Assembly (NCBI GenBank): GCA_964370575.1
Contig: CAYJJT010000004.1
Location: 1 to 40,089, forward strand
From: an uncultured Muribaculaceae bacterium
GTDB taxonomy: Bacteria; Bacillota_I; Bacilli_A; RF39; UBA660
DNA: 40,089 nt
Reading direction: 5' to 3'
The notes under the pieces are model-generated. The model was not told where the DNA came from. It saw only the letters and a list, made by a program, of their open reading frames with translations, and ran no database searches. Each line of letters starts with the position of its first letter. Position 1 is the first letter of the stretch. The position numbers were made by a program, and so were the translations under genes. Below, piece after piece: positions 1 to 9,619 of the stretch.

Positions 1-1
1 A

Positions 2-1195
2 TTTTTCTTGATTTTATATTATGGCTGGCGTAAAACAACTGTTACTCTAAGTAGTGATATGTTAGTCTATAATCGTGATACATTAAATAAAAAGAAAATC
101 TCTATTAGTTTAAAAAATATATCTTCAGTAGATTTAGAAATAAATATTTTAGATCGTATTTTTGGTACATCAAAAGTTAAAATAAATACTGATACATTAA
201 CTAGTGCTGATAAGAATGATTTATTAATTGTATTGAAAAGAGATAAAGCAAAAAAGTTTAAGGAAGATATTTTATCTTTTATAAAAGATGAGAAACAAAT
301 TGAAAAAGAAAGTGATATAGAAGTAAATGTTACTAAAAAATATGATTTAGAACTAGACTTTTTAGGTGTTTTGAAATATGATTTATATAATATTTCCGTA
401 ATTGCACTTTTATTTTCTATTGGTTTTTTTATAAGTATAGTTATTGGAACCTCAAATTCTCCAGGAACATCTATTTTATTTTTATTTATAATTATAGTTC
501 CAATTATTTATGGATTTATAGTTAAAGCAGTTAGATTAGTAGATTTTAAAGTTAAGAGAGATAATGATAATATTTATTTAAGTTATGGATTGTTTACTAA
601 AAACAAATATACGATTCCTGTAAAAAGGATAAATGGAGTTATAGTTAAACAACCATTAATCGCAAGAGTATTTAAAAAATATTCAGTAGAACTTATTAAT
701 ATTGGAATGACTGGTGAAAGTGTTACTGCGCCTATTTTGATTCCGATGGTAAGTAGAGAAGAAATGGATAAATATTTAAAAATATTACTTCCTGAAGTAA
801 ATTTTCCAGATGACTTTATTAAACAACCAAAATCAAGTATGATTTTAAATAGTATTTTATATATAGTTTTTGTACTAATAATAGGGTTAATTTATCCAAA
901 TATATTCTTGATTATAGGATTAATTATTTTTTCTGTAATCATGATTGTATTAAATTATCAAACTAATTATTTAAATATAGGTAAAAATAGTATTTGCATA
1001 ACTAGTGGTTATTTTACTAAAAGAACCGTAGTTGTTAAATATAATAAAATACAAAATATAGTTTATACAGAAAATGTATTATCTAATAAATTTAATTTAC
1101 AAAAGTTTGAAATAAATATTTTAGCAAGTTCAATGTTAATTAATCATAGAAGTGGTTATTATAATAAAAAATATTTAGAAAAAATAAAAATATAA
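2..1195 (+). CDS. YdbT-like membrane protein with repeated bacterial PH (bPH_2/DUF304-type) modules; 5' end cut by the window edge
   Basis: The frame is open from nt 2, so the track start (TTG at 8) is probably internal. The protein repeats a unit of one TM hairpin plus a ~80-aa module. Examples are 'ISISLKNISSVDLEINILDRIFGTSKVKINT', 'YTIPVKRINGVIVKQPLIARVFKKYSVELINIG' and 'VVVKYNKIQNIVYTENVLSNKFNLQKFEINI'. The first module has no preceding TM hairpin, so the N-terminus lies upstream of the window. Confidence 0.6.
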   Translation, partial: FFLILYYGWRKTTVTLSSDMLVYNRDTLNKKKISISLKNISSVDLEINILDRIFGTSKVKINTDTLTSADKNDLLIVLKRDKAKKFKEDILSFIKDEKQIEKESDIEVNVTKKYDLELDFLGVLKYDLYNISVIALLFSIGFFISIVIGTSNSPGTSILFLFIIIVPIIYGFIVKAVRLVDFKVKRDNDNIYLSYGLFTKNKYTIPVKRINGVIVKQPLIARVFKKYSVELINIGMTGESVTAPILIPMVSREEMDKYLKILLPEVNFPDDFIKQPKSSMILNSILYIVFVLIIGLIYPNIFLIIGLIIFSVIMIVLNYQTNYLNIGKNSICITSGYFTKRTVVVKYNKIQNIVYTENVLSNKFNLQKFEINILASSMLINHRSGYYNKKYLEKIKI

Positions 1196-1220
1196 AGACT
1201 TGTTAGTCTTTTTATTTTTC
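1194..1220 (+). terminator. Rho-independent terminator
   Basis: The stem AAAGACT (1194-1200) pairs with AGTCTTT (1205-1211) around the loop TGTT. A T-rich tail TTATTTTT follows. Confidence 0.6.
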
Positions 1221-1282
1221 AATATATATTAATTTACAAATATTAATAAATTTGATACTATAAATGTATAGTAGGTGATAAT

Positions 1283-2383
1283 ATGAGTACTTCAAAAAAA
1301 GAGTGTATTATAGAATTTTTAAAGAGTCCAGTAAAAATATGTTTGTTAATATTATTAATAATTTTAACTTATGTAGGGATTAGAATAGGACAAACTAATT
1401 ATTTATTTTATAATTTAATATTTGTTCCTATATTAGGTGTAATAGTATATTTACTATATAAAGAAAAATATTACTATGGACTTGAAATAATAGGATCTGT
1501 TGTATTTATATATCATATAATTTATATATTAATTAATGATATGATTTTATATGATAATATTTTAATGATTATATTATCAGCATTATCACATTCAATTGCG
1601 TTTATTATATTATCTATTATCGGAAGTGGTATAGCTCATTTATATCACAAGAGTGTAATTAGAACAAATAAATTAATTGATCGTATTTTAGCGATTATAT
1701 CAGCTACAGGTATTATTTTAATATTAGCTAATTTAATCTTTTCTCTACATGGTAATCCACTTATTCATGAACTAGCAAAAGGTAGTGCTCGAGAATATTT
1801 AGATCGTGAATATAGTGATTTAAATTTAGATATTCATAATAATTATTTTGATACTAAGATAGATGAGTATGTAGTTGAGGTTAAATCACATGATAGTATA
1901 GATACTTATTTTGAAATATATGTAGATAAGTCAGGTGAAGTAACTAAAGATACTTATGAAAATGTTTCTAGTAAATTTAATACTTTTTTAAGAATAAGTG
2001 AAAGTTACGATCATGATGTAGAGAAATTACTTTTAAGCTCTAATATAAATATTAGTAATGTTATAACTAGTTTAATAATTGAAACTGATAGTGAATTTGA
2101 AGATCTTAAAAATAACTTAGTGCTTGATAAAGAGTATGATGTTAGTGAATTTTCTGAAAAGTATGGTAATATATCTTTATTTGTTAATATGGAAAAAATT
2201 GATTATGACAACGTTATAGATTATATTTTAAATTTAAATGAAATACTTTCTAGTAATAATATTAAATATAATACATTAAATATTACCTTTACCAACGAGT
2301 ATGATGATGTCAATATATTTGATATAAAATATAGTGATATAAATAGTGCTGAATTAGAATTAATAATTAAAAATTCTATTTAA
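1283..2383 (+). CDS. Hypothetical polytopic membrane protein (about 5 TM) with a ~200-aa acidic C-terminal soluble domain
   Basis: An SD-like AGGTGA lies upstream of the ATG. Hydrophobic segments include 'VKICLLILLIILTYVGIRIG', 'LIFVPILGVIVYLLY' and 'ILAIISATGIILILANLIFSL'. I recognise no catalytic motif. Confidence 0.55.
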   Translation: MSTSKKECIIEFLKSPVKICLLILLIILTYVGIRIGQTNYLFYNLIFVPILGVIVYLLYKEKYYYGLEIIGSVVFIYHIIYILINDMILYDNILMIILSALSHSIAFIILSIIGSGIAHLYHKSVIRTNKLIDRILAIISATGIILILANLIFSLHGNPLIHELAKGSAREYLDREYSDLNLDIHNNYFDTKIDEYVVEVKSHDSIDTYFEIYVDKSGEVTKDTYENVSSKFNTFLRISESYDHDVEKLLLSSNINISNVITSLIIETDSEFEDLKNNLVLDKEYDVSEFSEKYGNISLFVNMEKIDYDNVIDYILNLNEILSSNNIKYNTLNITFTNEYDDVNIFDIKYSDINSAELELIIKNSI

Positions 2384-2410
2384 AAATGACTTAGATAAGT
2401 CATTTTTTTT
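2382..2410 (+). terminator. Rho-independent terminator
   Basis: AAAAATGACTT (2382-2392) pairs with AAGTCATTTTT around the loop AGAT, and the 3' arm runs into a T8 tract. Confidence 0.75.
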
Positions 2411-2456
2411 ATTCTTTTTAATTAATATTATTCATATACTTCCTTTAGGTGATAAT

Positions 2457-4361
2457 ATGTTTTTTAGTGATATACATTTGCGAATAAAGATAGTTTTTTT
2501 AATTATGTTAGTTTTATTTATTATAATTATTTGTAAAGTATTTTATATTCAAGTGATAGATTATGATAGATTAAATAATTATGCTAGTGATTTATGGAGT
2601 AGAAATTTACCTATTGAAGCTGAAAGGGGTATTATATATGATAGTAATGGTGTTATACTTGCAGATAATATTACAACATCTTCATTAGTATTAATTCCTA
2701 ATCAAATAAAAGATAAAGAAAATACTGCAAAACAACTTAGCGAAGTTTTAAATGTTGATTATGATGTAATGTATGAACATGTTACTAAGAAGGAATCTAT
2801 AAATAGAGTTCATCCAGAAGGTAGAAGACTTGATTATGAAATTGCAGATAAAATTAATGCTTTAAAATTAGATGGTGTTTATTTAGTGAAAGAAAGTATG
2901 CGTACCTATCCATTTGATACATACTTATCTCATACGCTCGGTTTTGTAGGAATAGATAATCAAGGGTTGGCAGGTATAGAACTGATGTATAATGACTATT
3001 TAACTGGTGAAAATGGGGCGATTAAATATTATAGTGATGCTAAAGGAAATAAATTAGAGTTAAATGAAGTATATGAAAAACCACAAGATGGAATGAATAT
3101 GACTCTTACTATTAATAATGAAATACAATCAGTTCTAGAAAGAGAACTAGATAATGCAGTTTTAAAATATAATCCTGATCAAGCTTTAGGAATAGTAATG
3201 GATCCAACTACTGGTGAAATATTAGCTATGTCATCAAGACCAAATTTTTCACCAGATAATTATCAAGATTATACTACAGAAGAAATTAATAGAAATTTAC
3301 CAATATGGATGACATACGAACCAGGAAGTACTTTTAAAATTATTACATTGGCGGCTACTTTAGAAGAAGATACTCTAGATTTATATAATGATACTTATTA
3401 TGATAGTGGGAGTATAAAGGTAGAAAATGCTAATATAAATTGCTGGAAACATGAAGGGCATGGGTTACAAACTTATTTAGAAGTAGTAGAAAATTCTTGT
3501 AATCCTGGCTTTGTAACTATGGGTCAAAAATTAGGAACTGAGACATTATATCAATATGTAGAAAATTTTGGTTTTGGAGAGAAAACTGGAATTGATTTAA
3601 ATGGAGAGGGTAGTGGTATATTATTCGATATAGAAAATGTAGGACCTGTAGAGCAAGCCACAACTTCTTTTGGTCAAGGAGTTAGTGTTACACCTATTCA
3701 ACAAATAACTGCTGTAAGTGCAGCAATAAATGGGGGATATTTATATGAGCCATATATAGTAAAAAGTATTAATGAACCAGAAACAAATTCAGTAATACTA
3801 GAAAATAATAAAAAGTTAATTAGAGAAGTTATTAGTGAAGAAACAAGTGAAGAGGTTAGAATGGCTCTTGAGAGTGTAGTAACTAATGGTACTGGTAGAC
3901 CTGCATATATTGAAGGATACCGAGTTGGAGGTAAAACAGGTACTGCCCAAAAAGTAGAAAATGGACAATATATGACTGGAAACTATATTGTATCTTTCAT
4001 AGGCTTTCTTCCTGCAGATAATCCTGAAGTAGTAGTTTATATTGCAGTTGATAATGCTAAAGGTGTTACACAGTACGGTGGAACAATTGCTGCTCCTATA
4101 GCTAAAAATATATTAGAAGATTGTATTGATATATTAGAAATAGAAAAAAGAGAGGTTGATACAGTTAAAAAATATAATGTAGGTGAACTGGAATATATAG
4201 AAGTACCAAATGTAATAGGTATGAGTAGTAGTGAGGCTACTAAAGTATTGAGTAGCTTTAATGTAGAATTTACTGGAAACGGAGATACAATAACATATCA
4301 AAGTCCAATTGCTGGAGAAAAAATATTAGAAGGTGAAACTATTAGATTGATGTTAGAATAA
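2457..4361 (+). CDS. Class B penicillin-binding protein (FtsI/PBP2B/SpoVD-type transpeptidase) with one C-terminal PASTA domain
   Basis: It has an N-terminal TM anchor. The transpeptidase motifs are present: SxxK 'GSTFK', SxN 'NSCNPG' and KTG 'GGKTGTAQ'. The C-terminal segment 'VPNVIGMSSSEATKVLSSFNVEF...IRLMLE' is PASTA-like. Confidence 0.9.
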   Translation: MFFSDIHLRIKIVFLIMLVLFIIIICKVFYIQVIDYDRLNNYASDLWSRNLPIEAERGIIYDSNGVILADNITTSSLVLIPNQIKDKENTAKQLSEVLNVDYDVMYEHVTKKESINRVHPEGRRLDYEIADKINALKLDGVYLVKESMRTYPFDTYLSHTLGFVGIDNQGLAGIELMYNDYLTGENGAIKYYSDAKGNKLELNEVYEKPQDGMNMTLTINNEIQSVLERELDNAVLKYNPDQALGIVMDPTTGEILAMSSRPNFSPDNYQDYTTEEINRNLPIWMTYEPGSTFKIITLAATLEEDTLDLYNDTYYDSGSIKVENANINCWKHEGHGLQTYLEVVENSCNPGFVTMGQKLGTETLYQYVENFGFGEKTGIDLNGEGSGILFDIENVGPVEQATTSFGQGVSVTPIQQITAVSAAINGGYLYEPYIVKSINEPETNSVILENNKKLIREVISEETSEEVRMALESVVTNGTGRPAYIEGYRVGGKTGTAQKVENGQYMTGNYIVSFIGFLPADNPEVVVYIAVDNAKGVTQYGGTIAAPIAKNILEDCIDILEIEKREVDTVKKYNVGELEYIEVPNVIGMSSSEATKVLSSFNVEFTGNGDTITYQSPIAGEKILEGETIRLMLE

Positions 4362-4400
4362 TTATATAAATAGTGCTATAATAAATAATAAGAGGTAATT

Positions 4401-5447
4401 ATGATTAAATGTTTTATAAATTTTATTACTAGTTTTATTTATTATAAATTAATAATTTTTTCTATACTATTTTTAATATTTATTTTAAGTTTACTATTTG
4501 TATTAAATATAGATGATAATAAAAATAAAGATATAGTTGAAAAACTAGTTGTTAAAGAAAATATTCATTTTAATGAATTAGTTAATAGTAATTATGAAAA
4601 TGAATTTAATAATAAAGTAAATGAATTATTAAAATTAAAGTATCCATTATTTATATATGAACATATCATTAATAATGAATATAATATTAAATATACAACT
4701 AAAGAAAATAAGTTGATTATTGAATATTTTAAAGAAGATAAAATTTATTCTCTTGATGTTTATTATAATGAAATAAAAGATTATATTAATTATGATGTAG
4801 ATCTAATTTTAGATTATAGTAATGAGGATGGGAATGATTTTGATCCTAATAAAATGAGTATTGCTATAACTTTTGATGATGGACCACATCCATATCAAAC
4901 TCCAGAAATAGTTAGGATACTTGATGAAAATAAAGCAACTGGAACTTTCTTTATGTTAGGAAATAGAATGGATTTACATAGAGATATTGTAAAACTAGTA
5001 TATGATCATGGTAATGAAATTGGGCTGCATGGAATAACGCATCGTAGTTTTAGATATATGACTGATATTGAAGTACAAGATGAATTGTCTATAAGTAATA
5101 ATATTTTATTTGAAGTTACTAATACTAGAACTAACTTAGTAAGACCTCCATATGGAGCACTGACAGTAAACAATGTTACTAATTTACCATATTCATATAT
5201 ATTATGGAGTAAAGATAGCACAGATTGGAAAAATAAAGATACTAACTATTTAGTGAATCATATATTAAATAATGTTGAGAATGGTGATATAATTTTATTT
5301 CATGATTTATATCCAACTTCAGTAGAAGCACTAAATATATTATTACCTGAGTTATACAATCGAGGATTTCAAGTAGTAAGTGTTAGTAAATTAGCTGAAA
5401 TTAATAATCAAAATATTGAATTAAATCAAATATACTATAAGTTTTAA
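4401..5447 (+). CDS. Membrane-anchored polysaccharide deacetylase (NodB homology / CE4, peptidoglycan deacetylase-like)
   Basis: It has an N-terminal TM segment. NodB motifs are 'AITFDDGPH', 'GNEIGLHGITH', 'VRPPYG' and 'GDIILFHD'. Confidence 0.85.
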   Translation: MIKCFINFITSFIYYKLIIFSILFLIFILSLLFVLNIDDNKNKDIVEKLVVKENIHFNELVNSNYENEFNNKVNELLKLKYPLFIYEHIINNEYNIKYTTKENKLIIEYFKEDKIYSLDVYYNEIKDYINYDVDLILDYSNEDGNDFDPNKMSIAITFDDGPHPYQTPEIVRILDENKATGTFFMLGNRMDLHRDIVKLVYDHGNEIGLHGITHRSFRYMTDIEVQDELSISNNILFEVTNTRTNLVRPPYGALTVNNVTNLPYSYILWSKDSTDWKNKDTNYLVNHILNNVENGDIILFHDLYPTSVEALNILLPELYNRGFQVVSVSKLAEINNQNIELNQIYYKF

Positions 5448-5470
5448 CAACATGTAAATGTTGTTTTTTG
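5446..5470 (+). terminator. Rho-independent terminator
   Basis: AACAACAT (5446-5453) pairs with ATGTTGTT (5458-5465) around the loop GTAA, followed by TTTT. Confidence 0.7.
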
Positions 5471-5496
5471 ACAAAATTAAATTTATTTCATATACT
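5468..5496 (+). promoter_or_regulatory. Sigma-A type promoter for the glmS leader
   Basis: TTGACA (5468-5473), a 17-nt spacer, then TATACT (5491-5496). This lies about 40 nt upstream of the ribozyme core. Confidence 0.65.
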
Positions 5497-5532
5497 ATAA
5501 ATAGATAAAGATAAGAAAGGTTGAAAATTTTT

Positions 5533-5668
5533 ATTGAGCGCATGGACAACATAGTTGTTGACGAGGATAGTAGTTATCGATTCATCAGCGGATGCTACTA
5601 CGGTTAATTATCGTTACACATATAACAAAAAGTAAAATATTAAATTACTACAAAATATATGTGAATTT
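5533..5668 (+). ncRNA. glmS ribozyme: glmS ribozyme (GlcN6P-dependent self-cleaving riboswitch)
   Basis: The hallmark core A|GCGC...GGACAAC-AUA-GUUGUU-GACGAGGAU-AGUAG-UUAUCGA...CAGCGGAUGCUACUACGG matches my memory of the Bacillus glmS ribozyme nearly string for string. A P4-like pairing CACATATA (5617-5624) / TATATGTG (5656-5663) is present. The element lies directly upstream of glmS. The predicted cleavage site is between A5537 and G5538. Confidence 0.88.
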
Positions 5669-5681
5669 ATAGGAGGCTTAT

Positions 5682-7424
5682 ATGTGTGGAATTATCGCTA
5701 TAGCGGGTAAAAATAATATAGTACCCAAAGCTATCGATGGATTAAAAAAATTAGAATATAGGGGTTATGACTCTGCAGGAATTGCAGGTAATGACATAAA
5801 TAAAAATATAGTTAAATCAGTTGGAAAAATATCTAACTTAGAAGATAAAATTAAAGATTTAAAATTAAATAGAGCAATTGCTCATACTAGATGGGCAACT
5901 CACGGAGTACCGAGTGAAAACAATGCTCACCCTCACACTAGTGAAAAAGTAGTACTAGTGCATAATGGGATTATAGAAAATTATTTAGAACTAAAGCAAA
6001 AATTAATTAATGAAGGATATGAATTTTACTCGGAAACTGACACTGAAGTTGCTTGTAAATATATAGATTTTATTTATAAACAAGTTAAAGATGAAAAAGA
6101 AGCAATAATAAAAGCTTGTAAAGATTTTACTGGTTCTTATGCTTTTGCAATAATATTTAAAGACAGTGATATAATATATGGTATTAGAAAAGATAGTCCT
6201 TTAGTAGTAGGAATAGGTAAAGAAAACTATATCTCATCTGATATTTCATCTTTTTTAGATAAAACTAATAAATATATTTTAATAAATCATGATGAATTAG
6301 TAGAAATAGATGATGAAAGTGTAAAAATTTATGATGAAAATTTAAATGAACTTAAATTGGATATTCAAGAAGCTGATTGGAAAATAGAAGGTTATTTAAA
6401 AAATGGATATGACCATTTCATGCTTAAAGAAATGTATGAACAACCAAGTATTATTAAAAATTTATTTAGTAAACATAAAGATATGGATATTAAACTTAAA
6501 TATGATGAAATTCATATAGTTGCTTGTGGTAGTGCATATTATGCAGGATTATTAGGTAAATATATGTTTGAAAATTATTGTAATATACCTGTAAAGGTAG
6601 ATATTGCAAGTGAATATCGATACAGTAAACAAATATTTAAAAATACTTTAGTGATTTTAATATCTCAATCTGGAGAAACAGCTGATACATTAGCAGCATT
6701 AAGACTGGCGCATGAAAATAATGTTGATACATTAGCAATAGTAAATGCAATCGGATCTACAATCGCAAGAGAGGCTAAAAAAGTTATATACTCTGAGGCT
6801 GGACCAGAAATAGCTGTAGCAACTAGCAAAGGGTTTACTTCCCAGGCTGCTATTTTAGCACTTCTAGCTCTTGCTAATAATAATGTTGATTTGGATATTG
6901 AACAAATATATGAAGAATTTAAAGATATTGATAATATTATAGAAGATGCATTAAAACAAGATTATTCTAGTGTAGTAGATGATATATATGTTAAAGATAA
7001 TGTTTTTTTCTTAGGTAGAGGAATTGATTATTGCCTTATTCAAGAAGCTTCTTTAAAATTAAAAGAAATATCTTATATAAAAAGTGAGGCATATCCTGCT
7101 GGAGAATTAAAACATGGTTCTATATCATTAATAGATGAAGGAACTGTTGTAATAGCTCTTACAACTAATAAAGAATTATTAGGTAAAACAGCTAGTAATG
7201 TTAAAGAAGTAAAAGCTAGAGGAGCACATATTATATATGTTACCAATGATGATAGCGAAGTGGACTTTGCTGATAAATTTATAAAATTAAATAAATATTC
7301 AGAATTCGTTACAATATTTCAAGCTATCGCTGTATTTCAAATGATAGCATATGAAGTAGCCAAAAAACGTGGTTGTGATATTGATAAACCTAAAAATTTA
7401 GCAAAATCAGTTACTGTTGAATAA
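5682..7424 (+). CDS. glmS: Glutamine--fructose-6-phosphate aminotransferase
   Basis: SD AGGAGG. The N-terminal nucleophile is 'MCGIIA'. Other motifs are 'HTRWATHG', SIS-domain 'SQSGETADTL' and the C-terminal 'AKSVTVE'. Confidence 0.95.
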   Translation: MCGIIAIAGKNNIVPKAIDGLKKLEYRGYDSAGIAGNDINKNIVKSVGKISNLEDKIKDLKLNRAIAHTRWATHGVPSENNAHPHTSEKVVLVHNGIIENYLELKQKLINEGYEFYSETDTEVACKYIDFIYKQVKDEKEAIIKACKDFTGSYAFAIIFKDSDIIYGIRKDSPLVVGIGKENYISSDISSFLDKTNKYILINHDELVEIDDESVKIYDENLNELKLDIQEADWKIEGYLKNGYDHFMLKEMYEQPSIIKNLFSKHKDMDIKLKYDEIHIVACGSAYYAGLLGKYMFENYCNIPVKVDIASEYRYSKQIFKNTLVILISQSGETADTLAALRLAHENNVDTLAIVNAIGSTIAREAKKVIYSEAGPEIAVATSKGFTSQAAILALLALANNNVDLDIEQIYEEFKDIDNIIEDALKQDYSSVVDDIYVKDNVFFLGRGIDYCLIQEASLKLKEISYIKSEAYPAGELKHGSISLIDEGTVVIALTTNKELLGKTASNVKEVKARGAHIIYVTNDDSEVDFADKFIKLNKYSEFVTIFQAIAVFQMIAYEVAKKRGCDIDKPKNLAKSVTVE

Positions 7425-7428
7425 ATAT

Positions 7429-7459
7429 AAAACAATATCCTAGGATATTGTTTTTTTTA
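7429..7459 (+). terminator. Rho-independent terminator
   Basis: AAAACAATATC pairs with GATATTGTTTT around CCTAGG, followed by a T8 tract. Confidence 0.8.
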
Positions 7460-7494
7460 TTAAATTAATGGTAAAATTAAAATAGGTGATAAAC

Positions 7495-8550
7495 ATGAAT
7501 AATATAGATTTAAAATGTTGTTTTTTCTATCAAGAAGGATTAGATATGAGTTATAACGAGGAATATATTAATCATATTCCGAAAGATAAAATAATATATT
7601 TCAAATACCCAGCTAAAAAATTTGTGAATTTTAATTTTGAAGAAATAAATTTAGACAATATAACTTTATTTCCAATAAGTGGCCTTGAACAAGTTAATGA
7701 AATTAAAAAAGCAGCTGAAGCTCAAAATTTGAATTTATTATTATCTAGTGAAGATACTAACAAGGTAGACAATTGGTTAGATTACTATAAACCAAAACGT
7801 CAGATGTTTAAAGTGACTGGAAGCGAATTACTTTCAAAAAAACATCTTAAATATGCATCTATAGAAAGTGAGTTTTTTTTAAAAACAAAAATAAAAAATT
7901 TCAATTCTAAAGCTAAGATTAAATATTTAAATCAAAATAATACTGTTTTAGCTCAAGCCTTATATGAGCATTATGATACTGATTTTTATGTAAGTGAATT
8001 ATTAGACATAAAAAAGGATGAATTAGGTATTTTGGAATATCGTGTAGTAGTATTCAATAATATAGTTTATAATATTTCAAGAATTACATCTTCAATTTAT
8101 CATAAAATTGATAAAAAGATTTTAGAATCTGCAGAAGATATTTGTGAAAAAGTTAGTAAAACTTCTTTTCCTAATCATTATATAATGGATTTAGTTGTTT
8201 ATAATGATCAATTAGGAAAAGAGATAATAGATGTAGTTGAGTTCAATGATATTTCAAGTAGCGGAATGTATTTATATAATTCAATAATAGATTTAAGTAG
8301 AGAGAATCTACTTCATGAAGATATTACTAAACTTCCATTTACTAAAAATGATATTAATAAAAATCAATTATCGCATAATGGTGTAATTAACTCATTGCCA
8401 CATAGATTTTTTAATAAAGAAGGTGGATTTGCTAATACACTAAAATTATTATCAAATGCTTCCGAGGATAATTTTACTAGTGATACTTTAGGTGAAACTA
8501 TTAATATTAATTATATTAATGATTATATAGAAAAGATAAAAACTATTTAA
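7495..8550 (+). CDS. ATP-grasp-like protein (R2K-clade/DUF4343-like by motif), paralogue A
   Basis: The track start is GTG at 7486. The ATG at 7495 has AGGTGA 5 nt upstream. ATP-grasp-like landmarks are 'FFLKTKIKNF' (Lys), 'LGILEYRVVVF' (E-x-R) and 'DVVEFNDISSSGMYLYN' (E-x-N metal ligands). It aligns along its whole length with ORF 10720-11847. Confidence 0.55.
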   Translation: MNNIDLKCCFFYQEGLDMSYNEEYINHIPKDKIIYFKYPAKKFVNFNFEEINLDNITLFPISGLEQVNEIKKAAEAQNLNLLLSSEDTNKVDNWLDYYKPKRQMFKVTGSELLSKKHLKYASIESEFFLKTKIKNFNSKAKIKYLNQNNTVLAQALYEHYDTDFYVSELLDIKKDELGILEYRVVVFNNIVYNISRITSSIYHKIDKKILESAEDICEKVSKTSFPNHYIMDLVVYNDQLGKEIIDVVEFNDISSSGMYLYNSIIDLSRENLLHEDITKLPFTKNDINKNQLSHNGVINSLPHRFFNKEGGFANTLKLLSNASEDNFTSDTLGETININYINDYIEKIKTI

Positions 8551-8570
8551 AAGTTTTTATCTTTTATTAT
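8535..8570 (+). terminator. Weak AT-rich hairpin / possible partial terminator overlapping the stop codon
   Basis: GATAAAAACT (8535-8544) pairs with AGTTTTTATC (8552-8561), followed by TTTTATTAT. The stem has only two G:C pairs. Confidence 0.35.
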
Positions 8571-8629
8571 GTTCTAAAATAAGGGTTGTACGAATAATTT
8601 TATATAGAAGTAGTGTTAGGAGGTAACTT

Positions 8630-9619
8630 ATGTTATTAATGACTAAATCTGTATTAGTAATGATGATTAGCTTTATTTTATCAATTGTTACTGCTCTTAT
8701 AATAATTCCAATATTTAAAAGAAATGCTAAACAAAGTATAAGTAAACATCTAGAAGAAGCTCATCGTAATAAAAAGAATGTACCAACTATGGGTGGTTTA
8801 ATATTTATAATTCCAACTTTAATAACTATATTAATATTACTCTTAACTGATAAAATTGAAGCAAATTATAGTTTAATTATATTAATGTTTACTTTTATAG
8901 GTTACAGTATTGTAGGTTTCATTGATGATTATTTAATTGTAAAAAGAAAAAATAATAAAGGTTTAAAAGAAGGAGAGAAACTATTATTCCAATTAATTAT
9001 AGCGATAATATTTTTTTACTTATTTATGATATCTGGGAATGAACCATTAATTTGGATACATAGTTTAAATATTAAAATTAATGTTGGATTTATATATGGA
9101 ATATTTATTTTATTAATATTACTTAGTAGTAGTAATGCTGTTAATTTAACAGATGGATTAGATGGATTAGCAGGTGGTCTTTCTGTTATAGCGTTATTAA
9201 CGTTTGGTATTATTAGTTATAATTCAGGTTGGTTAGAAGGATATGACACAGTAGGTTTATTTTGTTTTTCTTTGATAGGTTCAATATTAGGATTTTTAAT
9301 CTTTAATACTAATCCAGCTAGAATATTTATGGGAGATACTGGTTCACTTGCACTAGGTGCAACCCTTGGGAGTTTGGCAATACTTACACGTTATGAACTA
9401 CTTTTACTAGTTATAGGAATTGTTTTTGTTATTGAAACACTTAGCTGTATACTTCAAAGATATTATTATAAATTGACAAAAAAAAGACTATTTCCTATGG
9501 CACCTCTTCATCACGCATTTGAAAAAAAAGGTTGGAGTGAAAGTGATATAGTTAAACTCTTTTGGATAGTAGGGTTACTTGGTAGTATGATTGTGCTTAC
9601 TTTCGGAGTCTGGTACTAA
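8630..9619 (+). CDS. mraY: Phospho-N-acetylmuramoyl-pentapeptide transferase
   Basis: SD AGGAGG. Motifs are 'VPTMGGLIFI', 'NAVNLTDGLDGLA', 'FMGDTGSLALG' and 'APLHHAFEKKGW'. Confidence 0.95.
   Translation: MLLMTKSVLVMMISFILSIVTALIIIPIFKRNAKQSISKHLEEAHRNKKNVPTMGGLIFIIPTLITILILLLTDKIEANYSLIILMFTFIGYSIVGFIDDYLIVKRKNNKGLKEGEKLLFQLIIAIIFFYLFMISGNEPLIWIHSLNIKINVGFIYGIFILLILLSSSNAVNLTDGLDGLAGGLSVIALLTFGIISYNSGWLEGYDTVGLFCFSLIGSILGFLIFNTNPARIFMGDTGSLALGATLGSLAILTRYELLLLVIGIVFVIETLSCILQRYYYKLTKKRLFPMAPLHHAFEKKGWSESDIVKLFWIVGLLGSMIVLTFGVWY

Noticed and set aside
5006-5221. A 71-aa minus-strand ORF inside the deacetylase gene. The same applies to 9939-10169 (-) inside ftsW and 30036-30242 (-) inside the polymerase gene.
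   Set aside because: Each lies entirely antisense to a CDS with clear catalytic motifs. None has an SD, and their composition is low-complexity. They are typical shadow ORFs of AT-rich DNA.
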